Shown here: positions 54,477 through 64,000 of the stretch, one piece after another | How the letters are laid out: every line of letters starts with the position of its first letter | Numbering within the stretch: the stretch's first letter is position 1 | Virus record (IMG/VR): IMGVR_UViG_2770939586_000001 | DNA length: 64,000 bases | Source: a virus | Lineage: Duplodnaviria > Caudoviricetes | Direction: 5' to 3' (one strand) | Position numbers and translations under genes: made by a program | Notes under the pieces: generated by a model | Told to the model about the DNA's origin: nothing | Seen by the model: only the letters and a program-made list of their open reading frames with translations | The model's database searches: none

Positions 54477-57191
54477 ATGGATAAAGTATCATATCTAGTA
54501 CAGGCTTCTCCTCTTTCGTTTGCCAGGCTATCATATTCCATTCAATTTAATGCGAATCCTGTAAATGTAGCAAGTTATGCAGTTCAAGTTGATGTATTAA
54601 ACAGGCACAACGCATTAGAGGAGAGAAACCTGTACACGCCTGTAAAACGCACAACACGCAAGGTGTTTGAGAATAAAGGTAGCGGTATGATGCTTCGGAA
54701 GCGGATGCGGCGTATGATTGAGCATAAAGAGAGTCAAGCAACTATACTGGAATTAATCCTTGATGGCGTAATGATCGGTCAAGATTCGGCAAAACAAAGG
54801 GAAAGTATAGGCGATAGTATACCAGAACAAATTGTGGGTGCAGAAGTTATACAGAATAGTCAGGTATCTTTATTGGATGGGAAACGATTAGTAGGCAAGT
54901 CGGTAATGGACTCGACAACGCCTAAAGTCGATGTGTCCAAAACAATGTGTATAGGCGATGGAATTGAAAAAGAAGTTTGTACGTCTTGTGAATCTCGAAA
55001 ACAAGGTGGTAGGTATGATTCGCTCGTTACGTTTAGTCTGAAGCGAGACTACCGTGATGGAATCGAAAAGCATATACATACAGCTGCACGTGACGGGGAA
55101 CAAACAGGATTCTCGAAAAATTTGTATGATAGTAGGATTCAGGATAGTCAACATGGACTTCCGATACAACAGAGCAGTGCAGTGGTACAGCGGATCACAA
55201 TCGGAGTAGAGGCAGAAAGACGATTGGCTAAAGCCGAAGAGAACGGTGAAGCTATAGAAAGCAGCAATAGGTATACCAGAACAGCAAAACCGCAGCATGT
55301 CATGTCTCCTCAATATTCTAATGATTTTTTAATTAACCGTATTGCTGATACGGTAGAGAAGGCGCAAGATCATGCGGTATCGTATGGGGAGATTGGAACG
55401 GAAGAGGGCGGTCAAAGCGGCGTTATAACTGCTATGTATGAAGCAAATGAAAAAGAGTTACGTGATGTTCCGGTGAACGAGACTCAGGGCAGAGTCACAG
55501 ATATAGAAAACGGTGCAGCAACGGTAGAATATCAAGGGATTTCCAATAAATCTTGGGAAGGAAATAATGTTCTATATGTTGGTCATATAACTAGGGATAC
55601 AGAGGGGAATATACCAGATATAGAACAGGCTATTTTTCATGCAGGAGAAGTTGGAACAATCATAGGAGCAGAAGTAATCGTACATGATGACAATGAAGCA
55701 CTCAGTAGGTTAGGAACTGTCGGGGTAGAGAATTTAATTCAAGAATCCAGCTTACATGACGTTGCTGGCGAGGAAAGTAAAAATGAACAAGGTTACGGCG
55801 ATGCGATCCAAAATGGATGTGAAAAAGATATACACAAAGTTGATGTATCCTTACAAGAAGCAGTACAGATTAGGAATGATGAACAAATAACTGAAATAGG
55901 AGATGTAAAGGATACATTTTGCAGTCAGAGTCATCGTTTCTTTGTTGCTGAGAGAGAAGCTGTCCGAACGAATTTGGATGATAGCATGGCGGGGGATAGC
56001 GCAATAAATGGTACTGCTTATGCACGACTTATTAACTCTACGATTAGCACGGGGGACTCTGTTATACGTGATGAGGAACAAGGGTGGACCGTATTAGAGA
56101 ATGAAGCTAGCGAGGAAAAAAATATACCATCCGTTAGTAAAGTGCAGGATAGCATGAATACCGAAAATGTACGGATAGTCGGTACGAGGCAAGAGCAAGT
56201 CGGAATTATGTCGGACGTAGACAAGGTTAAATCACAGGATATAACAGGAGAAAAAGTAGATAATGCGTGTGATATGAGGAGGAAAATAGTAAATGATGTG
56301 ATTGAAAAGACAGAAGAAACGGTTTGTATGAACGGTTCGGATGGGATAGACGTTAGCAGCACAGAAATGGCAGATATTCATATGGAGGTTTACACTTTCA
56401 TACAGAAAGATGAACAGATAAGCAAAATAAAAGCTATAGATTCAATTGAGCAGAAGAATACGCAGGCGCACAGTTCTCTGACAGATGCGGTTCATGGCAA
56501 AAGCGAGCAGGCTTATTTCAATATGGTTGATGTGGTTTGGGATAAAAGTGAACAGGCTTATCCTGGTATGTTCGATACGCTCTTACATCGAGCGGATATG
56601 GGGAATGTAGGGATATTGGTAGGAGAAGTATTTGCAGGAGATGAAACGTTTTCTTCATCATCAGCTTCGCCTGGAATACATGTACACGCAGAAGAAAAGG
56701 CTAGCGCTCATTTTCTTGATACCATGCATCAGGGAGATGAAAAACTAAAGACAGAATCCGTTGTCCTGTCTGCTACGTGTGAAATTACGCAAGATCAAGT
56801 CATTATTAAACCGATAGTTGGGGTGATGGAAGAAATAAGACAAGTTTTACCTTCTCTGATGGATACAATTATGTCTCATGGGGAGATGGCTAATGTTCTA
56901 TATATCGACACAACAATGTCACACGATACCTCGATGTTCATGGGAGTCGTCATAGCTGTAGAAGATCAAAAGATGCACAACGGTATCGTTACAGCGGTTG
57001 ACGGGAGAGAAATAAAATTTAGTGAAGCTGAACTTGGCTCCAATAAGATTAAGATATGGTTCTTAGGAGAAGGAGAAAGAATGGAAGAGATACCTGATCC
57101 AGACTCAGAACCGCAGGAGAAGCGGAGAATTTGGCTTATCATGGGTAAACCGAATTTCTGGAACGGGTGGAATTGGAAGAAAACAAGATAA
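54477..57191 (+). CDS. Large acidic, degenerate-repeat tail-region protein
   Basis: 904 aa, few aromatics, short quasi-repeats; Trp-rich C-terminus RRIWLIMGKPNFWNGWNWKKTR. Confidence 0.65.
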   Translation: MDKVSYLVQASPLSFARLSYSIQFNANPVNVASYAVQVDVLNRHNALEERNLYTPVKRTTRKVFENKGSGMMLRKRMRRMIEHKESQATILELILDGVMIGQDSAKQRESIGDSIPEQIVGAEVIQNSQVSLLDGKRLVGKSVMDSTTPKVDVSKTMCIGDGIEKEVCTSCESRKQGGRYDSLVTFSLKRDYRDGIEKHIHTAARDGEQTGFSKNLYDSRIQDSQHGLPIQQSSAVVQRITIGVEAERRLAKAEENGEAIESSNRYTRTAKPQHVMSPQYSNDFLINRIADTVEKAQDHAVSYGEIGTEEGGQSGVITAMYEANEKELRDVPVNETQGRVTDIENGAATVEYQGISNKSWEGNNVLYVGHITRDTEGNIPDIEQAIFHAGEVGTIIGAEVIVHDDNEALSRLGTVGVENLIQESSLHDVAGEESKNEQGYGDAIQNGCEKDIHKVDVSLQEAVQIRNDEQITEIGDVKDTFCSQSHRFFVAEREAVRTNLDDSMAGDSAINGTAYARLINSTISTGDSVIRDEEQGWTVLENEASEEKNIPSVSKVQDSMNTENVRIVGTRQEQVGIMSDVDKVKSQDITGEKVDNACDMRRKIVNDVIEKTEETVCMNGSDGIDVSSTEMADIHMEVYTFIQKDEQISKIKAIDSIEQKNTQAHSSLTDAVHGKSEQAYFNMVDVVWDKSEQAYPGMFDTLLHRADMGNVGILVGEVFAGDETFSSSSASPGIHVHAEEKASAHFLDTMHQGDEKLKTESVVLSATCEITQDQVIIKPIVGVMEEIRQVLPSLMDTIMSHGEMANVLYIDTTMSHDTSMFMGVVIAVEDQKMHNGIVTAVDGREIKFSEAELGSNKIKIWFLGEGERMEEIPDPDSEPQEKRRIWLIMGKPNFWNGWNWKKTR

Positions 57192-57204
57192 GGAGATGAT
57201 ATGT

Positions 57205-58920
57205 ATGCGATGGGATTATATGTATGGTGGTGGACAGTGGCTGGAAAAAGAAGATCCGCCATTTCAACTTGGAAAGGCTGATCCGAGTTACATTGGGAGA
57301 GATTCAAGAGGCAATCTTATTTTAAAAACCTGGTGCGTATGGGAAAGCAACAATACGATGCCACCTATTATGAGAAAAGTATGTGGCAGTCTTACGTATG
57401 AGCTTAAAAATATTTTTCGTCCAGACCGTTTATTTGCGATTGAGTTTAATTTGAAGGCACTAGTTGCTAGTGATGGTGGGGCCACAGTCCGAATCGGAAA
57501 TGGGGAGCTGGAAGCGGTATTTAATTTTACGCCTACTACGGTCATCTTAAACGGGATTGATCTTAGGATTCATCCAGGTCGGTTCAAAACGTTTACCTTG
57601 TTTCAGGCATGCTTAGAGCGGGCAGAACTGTACATTGGCACGGAGAAGCGTTTTAACCGCCCGATTCTTAAGCCATCCACATTCAACGGTATTTCGATTG
57701 AAGTAAGCGGAAATGCAGAAGTAGTGCTGCGATACCTTTTCTTCTGTGTGGACTACGTACCGTGTCGACTTGCTACTGTTACGAGTAAGTCGACATGTCA
57801 GGTTAGACGATTCGTATTCGCCCAGAAGATGGGGGAAGAACTTGTCATGCATACGGTAGAAGAGGACCAATTTGGCAACTTGGTGGAGATTGGGAATACG
57901 GGACTGTCCATCTATAAGCCACAGGTGAAGCTATTCAAAGCAGAATCAGGCGAGGTTATGGCAGTTTTCCGGCGTAACAAAAGCAGCGCACCGCTTGAGA
58001 TTGTAGGGGGCTATATTGAAACGTTTTCGGGATACAACAAAAAAGCAATGCCATGGACAAAAGTAGCCAGTCTGAACAAGGCAGAGATCACAGAAATACC
58101 ATGGGATACAGCGCATACGTATGAAGAGTTCGATGCGATAGAGGAAAAGACAGAATCTATGCTCGGTGCCATGATAAACGATGATACAGACCCGAAGAGG
58201 GATGGGAGTATCACATTAAACTTTGAAGTGGACTGTGGGATAAAGGATAATCCACTATTACCAGATGAACCGGCAGGAGACTATGACTTCTATATTGACT
58301 TGTTCTGGACCATTCCAGATGATCGGGCAGACCCTAAAAATCCATTTGTAGACCTTGACTTGTGGGCGGTATCAGCGGAGGAAGTAGACGGACAATACGT
58401 ATATAACCCGGATTCGATACTGGATTATACTACATCAGCGAAAATAGGGACAAATGTAGTTCAGATAGATGACTGGCTGAAAATGAGTCTCGTAAAAGAT
58501 AATCGGTCGAACCATCGGACAACAGAAGATATAGAAAAGGCATGGAGCGCTTATCGGGAAACAATTACGGTGAAAGGGAACTATGGTAGGGTCTTGACGG
58601 TGGGCGTGGCGAATTATGCAGCGCTGGAAAACTACGCGAAGGCTGAGAATGTGTTGTATTTGCGTGAGCGTCATGGAGTGAAAATCGAAATGGTAGTGTG
58701 GGATAAAAAGAATAAAGAACGAAAAGGACGACTGGTAATAGAACCAGAATGGTTGTATCGAGAAGGAGCCAACAAAGGATGCGTACTTCCAATATTCGAT
58801 ATTATAGTCGATGAAAATAGAGATATTAAGGTTGAGGAACGACCGCATGATGGCGTGATACCATTACCTATCTACTCCGATGAGTTCAGAAATAATCTAG
58901 ATGATAAGCTTGGTCACTAG
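57205..58920 (+). CDS. Tail-region protein with YfaP/DUF2135-like C-terminal domain
   Basis: LFW..VDLDLWAV..D..RETITV..VGVANY pattern. Confidence 0.55.
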   Translation: MRWDYMYGGGQWLEKEDPPFQLGKADPSYIGRDSRGNLILKTWCVWESNNTMPPIMRKVCGSLTYELKNIFRPDRLFAIEFNLKALVASDGGATVRIGNGELEAVFNFTPTTVILNGIDLRIHPGRFKTFTLFQACLERAELYIGTEKRFNRPILKPSTFNGISIEVSGNAEVVLRYLFFCVDYVPCRLATVTSKSTCQVRRFVFAQKMGEELVMHTVEEDQFGNLVEIGNTGLSIYKPQVKLFKAESGEVMAVFRRNKSSAPLEIVGGYIETFSGYNKKAMPWTKVASLNKAEITEIPWDTAHTYEEFDAIEEKTESMLGAMINDDTDPKRDGSITLNFEVDCGIKDNPLLPDEPAGDYDFYIDLFWTIPDDRADPKNPFVDLDLWAVSAEEVDGQYVYNPDSILDYTTSAKIGTNVVQIDDWLKMSLVKDNRSNHRTTEDIEKAWSAYRETITVKGNYGRVLTVGVANYAALENYAKAENVLYLRERHGVKIEMVVWDKKNKERKGRLVIEPEWLYREGANKGCVLPIFDIIVDENRDIKVEERPHDGVIPLPIYSDEFRNNLDDKLGH

Positions 58921-58927
58921 AACGAAA

Positions 58928-58952
58928 GAAGGACTCTGGCTGAGAGTCCTTC
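58928..58952. terminator. Bidirectional terminator
   Basis: GAAGGACTCT-GGCTG-AGAGTCCTTC between convergent genes. Confidence 0.7.
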
Positions 58953-58959
58953 ACTTTAC

Positions 58960-59535
58960 TTATCTTGTTTTAGTCGCGCTTCCTCCATTAAGAGTAACAT
59001 AAGCGCTATGCTTTCCATTTTTCAATTGGTAACCTGTCACCTTTAGTTTCAAGTCCATGTATTTTCCATTGTACGAAATGGTTACGGGATACTCCCCATT
59101 TTTTGTAGCGGTGATGATGCCATTTTTATCAACGGAGATTGGCGTTCCTTTTGGGATTTCCCATACGACTTTATCAGTAATTTTAATAGGTTTTGAGCCA
59201 TACACAGCATCTATGTCAATCTTACTTTGAACAACTTTATCCTTGCCGATACTTCTTTCAATTGGATCAACTGCTAGTCTAAAATCTGCATTTTCCGTTT
59301 TCGTATCATCTTTCGGCTGAGTTGTGGTCGATGGAGTAGTCGGAGTCGTTGGTGTAGATGGTGTTGTAGGAGTCGTTTTCGGCTTGGTAATAATAATTTG
59401 CGTACTCGTTTCCGTAACTTTTAACCCATCTTTCTCTGCTAATGCCTTAATATCAGCGATACTATCAGCAAATACGGCAACAGGAGCTAATACTAGAGTG
59501 GCTGCCGTTACTGTAGCAGCAATAAACTTTTTCAT
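58960..59535 (-). CDS. Secreted moron protein with Thr/Pro linker and Ig-like domain
   Basis: MKKFIAA..AVFA signal peptide; TTPTTPSTPTTPTTPS linker; VVW..SVDKNGIITA..G...VTISY. Confidence 0.7.
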   Translation of the reverse strand: MKKFIAATVTAATLVLAPVAVFADSIADIKALAEKDGLKVTETSTQIIITKPKTTPTTPSTPTTPTTPSTTTQPKDDTKTENADFRLAVDPIERSIGKDKVVQSKIDIDAVYGSKPIKITDKVVWEIPKGTPISVDKNGIITATKNGEYPVTISYNGKYMDLKLKVTGYQLKNGKHSAYVTLNGGSATKTR

Positions 59536-59646
59536 GCTTCCCTCTCCCTTTTTACAATATATGTTTGTATTGATTCTATTGTATATATGGGACAAGTAGA
59601 AAGTCACTTGTTTTTTGGTAAAGTTTGTATAAGGTAGGTGAAGGAG

Positions 59647-60693
59647 ATGCTTTATAAATATAGAAGTGGTTTAATTTTTGATGATACGTTCCAAGCGATG
59701 AAAAACGACTGGATATACAGCGTTCCATCAGCAGTACGGCTTCATACAGACCTGGTACGCTTGTCTCACAGTCGATCAGGAACGATGATGCTACTTAATT
59801 TACCACACAACGAATCAGAGTTGGTATTGGAGGTGGAAGCAAGCTATGGGCCGGTAGATTCTGGTGATATGGGTGGCCTAATCATCTGGAAGTCGCCGGA
59901 TGAGTGTCTGGAATTTCTCGAAAGCGTGGATACAAGTCATGGTGACTATTCCCGATGGCGAGCGGTGAAGTACGGGCTACAGTGGGATTTCTATGCACGT
60001 ATTAATCAAGATTGGGAGTACTTCGATACCGGGGAGTTGGATGCTAATAAAATAGGCGTAACGTTGCAAGGAGAAAGCGGCGTTCCACTTGATATAACGA
60101 GAGTAACGGTGTGCCGTGGCGAGTATGTAGGAGTCGGAAATCTGATGGCTGATTCTATAGTGACGTTGAAGGATAAAAACGGGGCCGTGGTTGAAACGCA
60201 TGTTGTGCCAGATGGTTATAGCGGTGTGAATATTCGTTTGCCGCTTGCGGTGTTCGAGGGGGAGATCAAGGTTATAGAAGAGGGAGAAACCCAAACAATC
60301 GCAACTACATTTTACGGTGGGGACATGTATTTGTATGCGACAACTCCATTGAAAATCTATCGGGATGGGGTAGAACTGAACCGGATCGACTTTTCTGACT
60401 GGGGGTATTTCCGAAATAGGGATGTAGAGATGAAACTACAGCTCGTTAATTCGAGTGATAATAATCTGCATAATATAAAAGTAAAGGCATCACAGCACGA
60501 ATCAGACGTGGCATACCAATGGATTATCCTAGCAGAAGATATGAATGGTTTACCGGGAGAGTATCGAGGAGATGTAGCGTTCTCGCAGATATCAGGCGAT
60601 GAAACGAAAGATTTCTGGCTACGGATTGAGCGGGCGCGGGATTATTTTGGTTTTAATCCACTACAGTTTAAGTTAGATATTACACACGATTAG
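59647..60693 (+). CDS. Concanavalin A-like domain virion/adhesion protein
   Basis: GDMGGLIIW, RWRAVKYG..FYARIN..W, KIGVTL pattern; AAGGAG RBS. Confidence 0.55.
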   Translation: MLYKYRSGLIFDDTFQAMKNDWIYSVPSAVRLHTDLVRLSHSRSGTMMLLNLPHNESELVLEVEASYGPVDSGDMGGLIIWKSPDECLEFLESVDTSHGDYSRWRAVKYGLQWDFYARINQDWEYFDTGELDANKIGVTLQGESGVPLDITRVTVCRGEYVGVGNLMADSIVTLKDKNGAVVETHVVPDGYSGVNIRLPLAVFEGEIKVIEEGETQTIATTFYGGDMYLYATTPLKIYRDGVELNRIDFSDWGYFRNRDVEMKLQLVNSSDNNLHNIKVKASQHESDVAYQWIILAEDMNGLPGEYRGDVAFSQISGDETKDFWLRIERARDYFGFNPLQFKLDITHD

Positions 60694-60700
60694 GGGGCAG

Positions 60701-62032
60701 TTGCTTGTGACACGAATGAGTTTACGAAGAAAAACAGTGACTCCTCCACTAGACCCACGTATTTCAGCATTAGAAGATGAGATTATACGAGCGCGGCAGT
60801 ACCGGACATATGATGCACCACATCGGTCGCTGGATGAGCGCTTAGATGAGATAGAGAGCCGTCTAGGTATTATTGGAACAGGAGATATGAAAAGGTCACA
60901 GTATGATCGAAATGCAGATGGGAAAGTAGATTATGCGGAAATAGCTGACTGGGCATACAGTGTAGATTGGTCCGGAGTGTACAACAAACCACACATTCCT
61001 GCTCCATACATACTACCGATGGCAACCCAATATACACTTGGCGGAATAAAGTCTGGTGGTGACATTGAAGTACAGCAGGATGGAACGATTCGTGTTATTC
61101 GTGGTGGTGGAGGAAGTGCTGTCGAAGATTCGCTATACAATGGATACATTCGAGTAGATGGACAGGACATTGAAGTGTATCGTCATCCAGATAATGAATA
61201 CTTTCGACATGTAACGGATAGTCAGATTCAGTATTGGAATGCAAAGGCGAATAGAGATGTAGCGACACAGTATAATGATGGACTACTTTCATTGCAGGAT
61301 AAACGTAAGTTAGATGAATTGGTTATAGGTATCTCAGAAGCAAAAGCAGATGAGAAATATGCGGCAAAATACCATACACATACACTTGTTACTCAGTTCT
61401 CAAGTGGTCTTATGAGTCCAGAAGATAAGCAAAAACTTGATGGATTGCCAAATGTAGAAGCTGGTAATTTTGTTAAGGACACAGAGCTACAGGCGGAGAT
61501 ACAAAGCGTAAAAGTAGAGGCAGATAGCAAGTATGCAACGAAAGTACATTCCCATAGTCTTGCTTCTCATACATCAAACGGCTTTATGAGTACTATCGAC
61601 AAACAGAAGCTAGATAGTTTGGACCCAGCAAGTTATGCAAACACAGAGGACTTGCAAGCATTAGAACTACGGTTAAATAATTTTGAAAACGGGGGCGGTG
61701 GTGTGCCAAAGCTAGAAGAAATCACCGGCACTGTGGCTGTACCTGCTGGAGGAACAGTTCAGCAGTCATTTCCTACTTCATTTGGGAAATTCGATATTCG
61801 TACAGTGTGGGCAAAAGGAACAAAAAATTCTTCGATTGTTATACAGATTAATGAAAAATCAGATGGGACGCTTCCTGTTTATCGTAGTAATCAAACTACC
61901 GAAGTTGAGGATATTGCTCTTGTTCCATACATTGACAAAACAAATGAAAATAAGCTACATCTTCAGATTGAAAATAAGGGCGGAATCAGCGATACGATCA
62001 GTTTTGTAATAAAAATTGTTCAATTAATTTAA
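60701..62032 (+). CDS. Tail fibre protein
   Basis: YILPMAT..TLGGIK; three GL(L/M)S..DK.KLD-type repeats and H-x-H motifs typical of fibres. Confidence 0.75.
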   Translation: MLVTRMSLRRKTVTPPLDPRISALEDEIIRARQYRTYDAPHRSLDERLDEIESRLGIIGTGDMKRSQYDRNADGKVDYAEIADWAYSVDWSGVYNKPHIPAPYILPMATQYTLGGIKSGGDIEVQQDGTIRVIRGGGGSAVEDSLYNGYIRVDGQDIEVYRHPDNEYFRHVTDSQIQYWNAKANRDVATQYNDGLLSLQDKRKLDELVIGISEAKADEKYAAKYHTHTLVTQFSSGLMSPEDKQKLDGLPNVEAGNFVKDTELQAEIQSVKVEADSKYATKVHSHSLASHTSNGFMSTIDKQKLDSLDPASYANTEDLQALELRLNNFENGGGGVPKLEEITGTVAVPAGGTVQQSFPTSFGKFDIRTVWAKGTKNSSIVIQINEKSDGTLPVYRSNQTTEVEDIALVPYIDKTNENKLHLQIENKGGISDTISFVIKIVQLI

Positions 62033-62043
62033 GGGGTGGGAGA

Positions 62044-62895
62044 ATGGGATATAAATTTCTTTCGGGGACTTGTTTAGTGTCTAATATTTACGAAACATTT
62101 ACAGGACTATTGGCGGCGGCAGGTTGGCAAAATATTAGTTCTAAACCAGCAACTGACTACGAAGTATGGTATTCTTCTGGTGGGCAGGGTAATAAACGAT
62201 TAATTATTCAACTAAGGAAAGATTCGAACAGTAATGTAGGTTACAGATTTATTGCTGATTATACTCCAGGTGCAGCGGGGGGAGGGGGAACTATACAACG
62301 AACAACAGCAGGATGGAGAAGTTGCAGGTTTTTCTCCAACGCTTTCGCAAGTTCTTATCCTCAATCAAATCAAGTGTCTTACAAGTACCATGCCAATAAA
62401 GACAGGTTAATATTCTATTGTGAAGCTACTTATTTAGATGTAACGATGTACAACGGTGTTATTTATCTAGGTTCACCAGACGTTATGTACCATAACGAAC
62501 CTGGTAGTAAATCTTTGTGTTTGTTAGCCGGTGGTAATTATAGTTATTCAAATTATTACGGAGATATTAGTGATGCTTTAGATGGAAGGATAACATCTAG
62601 CGATACCATTTATTGCTCTCCTACTTATATAGGGGGAAGTTATACAGATATCACAAAAAGTCCGAGTCCCCAAGGAAACTATGTATTTACACCTCACTAC
62701 GTAAAAGATGGCAACAATGATTTACGTGGTAAGCTAACGGGATTGTATATTATCTATGCCAAAGGAGCATTACATGGAGATATAGTGAAGATTGGAACAA
62801 GAAGTTTTTATCTTGCCATGATGACAGGAAGTTATGGCTTCTTTCGGACATCTACGGTAGCTGAGTACATCACTTTTTTAGCGTTCGAGGTGTAG
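62044..62895 (+). CDS. Virion structural protein, distant paralog 4 (possible receptor binding)
   Basis: LLAAAGWQ, NKDRLIFY, SPSPQGNYVFTP..LRGKLTGLY. Confidence 0.6.
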   Translation: MGYKFLSGTCLVSNIYETFTGLLAAAGWQNISSKPATDYEVWYSSGGQGNKRLIIQLRKDSNSNVGYRFIADYTPGAAGGGGTIQRTTAGWRSCRFFSNAFASSYPQSNQVSYKYHANKDRLIFYCEATYLDVTMYNGVIYLGSPDVMYHNEPGSKSLCLLAGGNYSYSNYYGDISDALDGRITSSDTIYCSPTYIGGSYTDITKSPSPQGNYVFTPHYVKDGNNDLRGKLTGLYIIYAKGALHGDIVKIGTRSFYLAMMTGSYGFFRTSTVAEYITFLAFEV

Positions 62896-62896
62896 C

Positions 62897-63151
62897 ATGG
62901 CTACGTTTAATGGGCTTATTTTAGATGAGAATGGTGAAGATTTACTTCTCGCATCGCCACCTCCATCGCGTACTCTTGCAGAAGGTATTCTTATTGAGGA
63001 AGATAATGAAGATGATATTTTATTAGCTTCCTCCCCGCCTGCTCGTATTTTTACGGGTGGATTGCTGATCGAAGAAAACACCTGCGAAAACATGTATAAA
63101 CCACCACGTCAGTTTCCGCTTGAAATAAGTTGGACCAAAGGAAGTGATTGA
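62897..63151 (+). CDS. Small acidic internal-repeat protein
   Basis: G(L/I)(I/L)(L/I)(D/E)E..LLAS.PP.R unit repeated about 2.5 times. Confidence 0.6.
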   Translation: MATFNGLILDENGEDLLLASPPPSRTLAEGILIEEDNEDDILLASSPPARIFTGGLLIEENTCENMYKPPRQFPLEISWTKGSD

Positions 63152-63437
63152 TTTGGAAGAAGTAAAACGAATCACACTATCCCCTAACATAGAACGCGTA
63201 TTCGCGTATACCAAGCCTCAACATAAAGTAGAGGTTCATAACTTGGGAGATGGAAATTTATATTTCAGACGCGATGGTGTAGCTACAGTAAATGGAGAAA
63301 ACTGTGTGAAAATCCCTAGTGGATTTGGGATGACGTATTCACCTAAAGCAACATGGCTGTCCTTGCACGTAATCAGCGATACAGGCACAGAGGTACAAAT
63401 TGTACAAGTACGTGGAGAGTTAGACAGGTACATGTAA
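63144..63437 (+). CDS. Small beta-rich virion protein
   Basis: HKVEVHNLGDGNLYF; resembles 27147..27425. Confidence 0.6.
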   Translation: MIDLEEVKRITLSPNIERVFAYTKPQHKVEVHNLGDGNLYFRRDGVATVNGENCVKIPSGFGMTYSPKATWLSLHVISDTGTEVQIVQVRGELDRYM

Positions 63438-63449
63438 GGAGATGGTAAG

Positions 63450-64000
63450 ATGTATCCGATTAAACTGCCTTCCGGTAGTAGTGTAGGTACTAGTCCACAT
63501 AATCATGATGATATTTATTACAGAAAAAATACGGTAGATATATTACTAGATAATAAAGCTTCACTTAGTTATGAACATGCGACAACGGGTGATGTGTCAT
63601 TATATATTGATGCAGTGACAGGAAACGATACCAATGATGGTATAGCACCAGAAACGGCATTACAGACAATAGGAGCTGCTATTGCCAAGATTCCACAGAT
63701 CGTAAACCATACAGTTATGATTCATGTTGTACACGGACATAAATCAGATGAAGTGATTACACTAAGTGGAATAAGTGGTAAAGGTACTATTAAAATATGT
63801 GGAGGGAAAGAGGTAGAAGAATCGCAAAATTATGTTGTCAAGCAGGTATCTATTCACAACGTTTCGATACCTGTTCAGGTTACTGGAATACGGGCGAATA
63901 TTGGTGACGGTACCGCTTTCTATGTTACAGCATCTATGTCTGTGAAATTATACGGATGTAGTGCAGTAACTCCAATAAGCGTAGGTGGATGTGGTGTTGA
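63450..64000 (+). CDS. Pectin-lyase-like beta-helix tailspike (truncated by the window end)
   Basis: AAGGAGATGG RBS, ATG 63450; HNHDDIYY, LYIDAVTGNDTNDG..ALQTIGAAIAKIP; frame open to the end. Confidence 0.75.
   Translation, partial: MYPIKLPSGSSVGTSPHNHDDIYYRKNTVDILLDNKASLSYEHATTGDVSLYIDAVTGNDTNDGIAPETALQTIGAAIAKIPQIVNHTVMIHVVHGHKSDEVITLSGISGKGTIKICGGKEVEESQNYVVKQVSIHNVSIPVQVTGIRANIGDGTAFYVTASMSVKLYGCSAVTPISVGGCGV

Larger units (their letters stand above)
1604..64000. mobile_element. Large temperate siphovirus genome/prophage (partial), possibly a phage-plasmid
   Basis: Terminase, portal, protease, capsid, neck, tail tube, tail chaperone, tape measure and tail-tip genes in canonical order; no sheath gene; ParM-like partition module; boundaries not visible. 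Confidence 0.93.

Noticed and set aside
60701-64000. Diversity-generating retroelement target or shufflon
   Set aside because: No reverse transcriptase, template/variable repeat pair or invertase visible
1-64000. tRNA, rRNA or self-splicing introns/inteins
   Set aside because: No cloverleaf, rRNA-like stretch or interrupted conserved gene recognised by eye; tRNAscan-SE and Infernal would be needed to exclude them

Overview
The window is a contiguous piece of a large temperate siphovirus genome or prophage of a spore-forming Bacillales host, probably Paenibacillaceae given the SLH domains. No integrase, lysis cassette or phage ends are visible. Left to right: (i) an AT-rich nuclease-helicase (DUF2075/Schlafen group 3-like) gene; (ii) a leftward early operon (radC/JAB, LPD29 protein, an unannotated MciZ-like micropeptide, HTH, frameshifted C5 MTase, SNF2 helicase, Dam-like MTase, PAPS-reductase-family enzyme); (iii) a ~0.9 kb repeat-rich divergent non-coding region; (iv) rightward small genes, an S1-domain protein and terminase; (v) an inverted ~5.5 kb module between terL and portal with ParM/ParR-like genes, 23-bp-periodic centromere-like palindromes, a chain of coupled mini-ORFs, FtsK/SpoIIIE and a Replic_Relax relaxase; (vi) head, neck and tail genes with a 2900-aa tape measure; (vii) a moron hotspot (degenerate BglII-like fusion, type I toxin-antitoxin, Phd-zinc finger); (viii) SLH-bearing tail-tip genes, a three-enzyme tail lysin, paralogous virion proteins and fibres running off the end. 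The best novelty candidates are the partition/DNA-translocation module, the MciZ-like peptide, and beta-clamp motifs on all three DNA-modification enzymes. All family calls are motif recognition by eye, not database searches.
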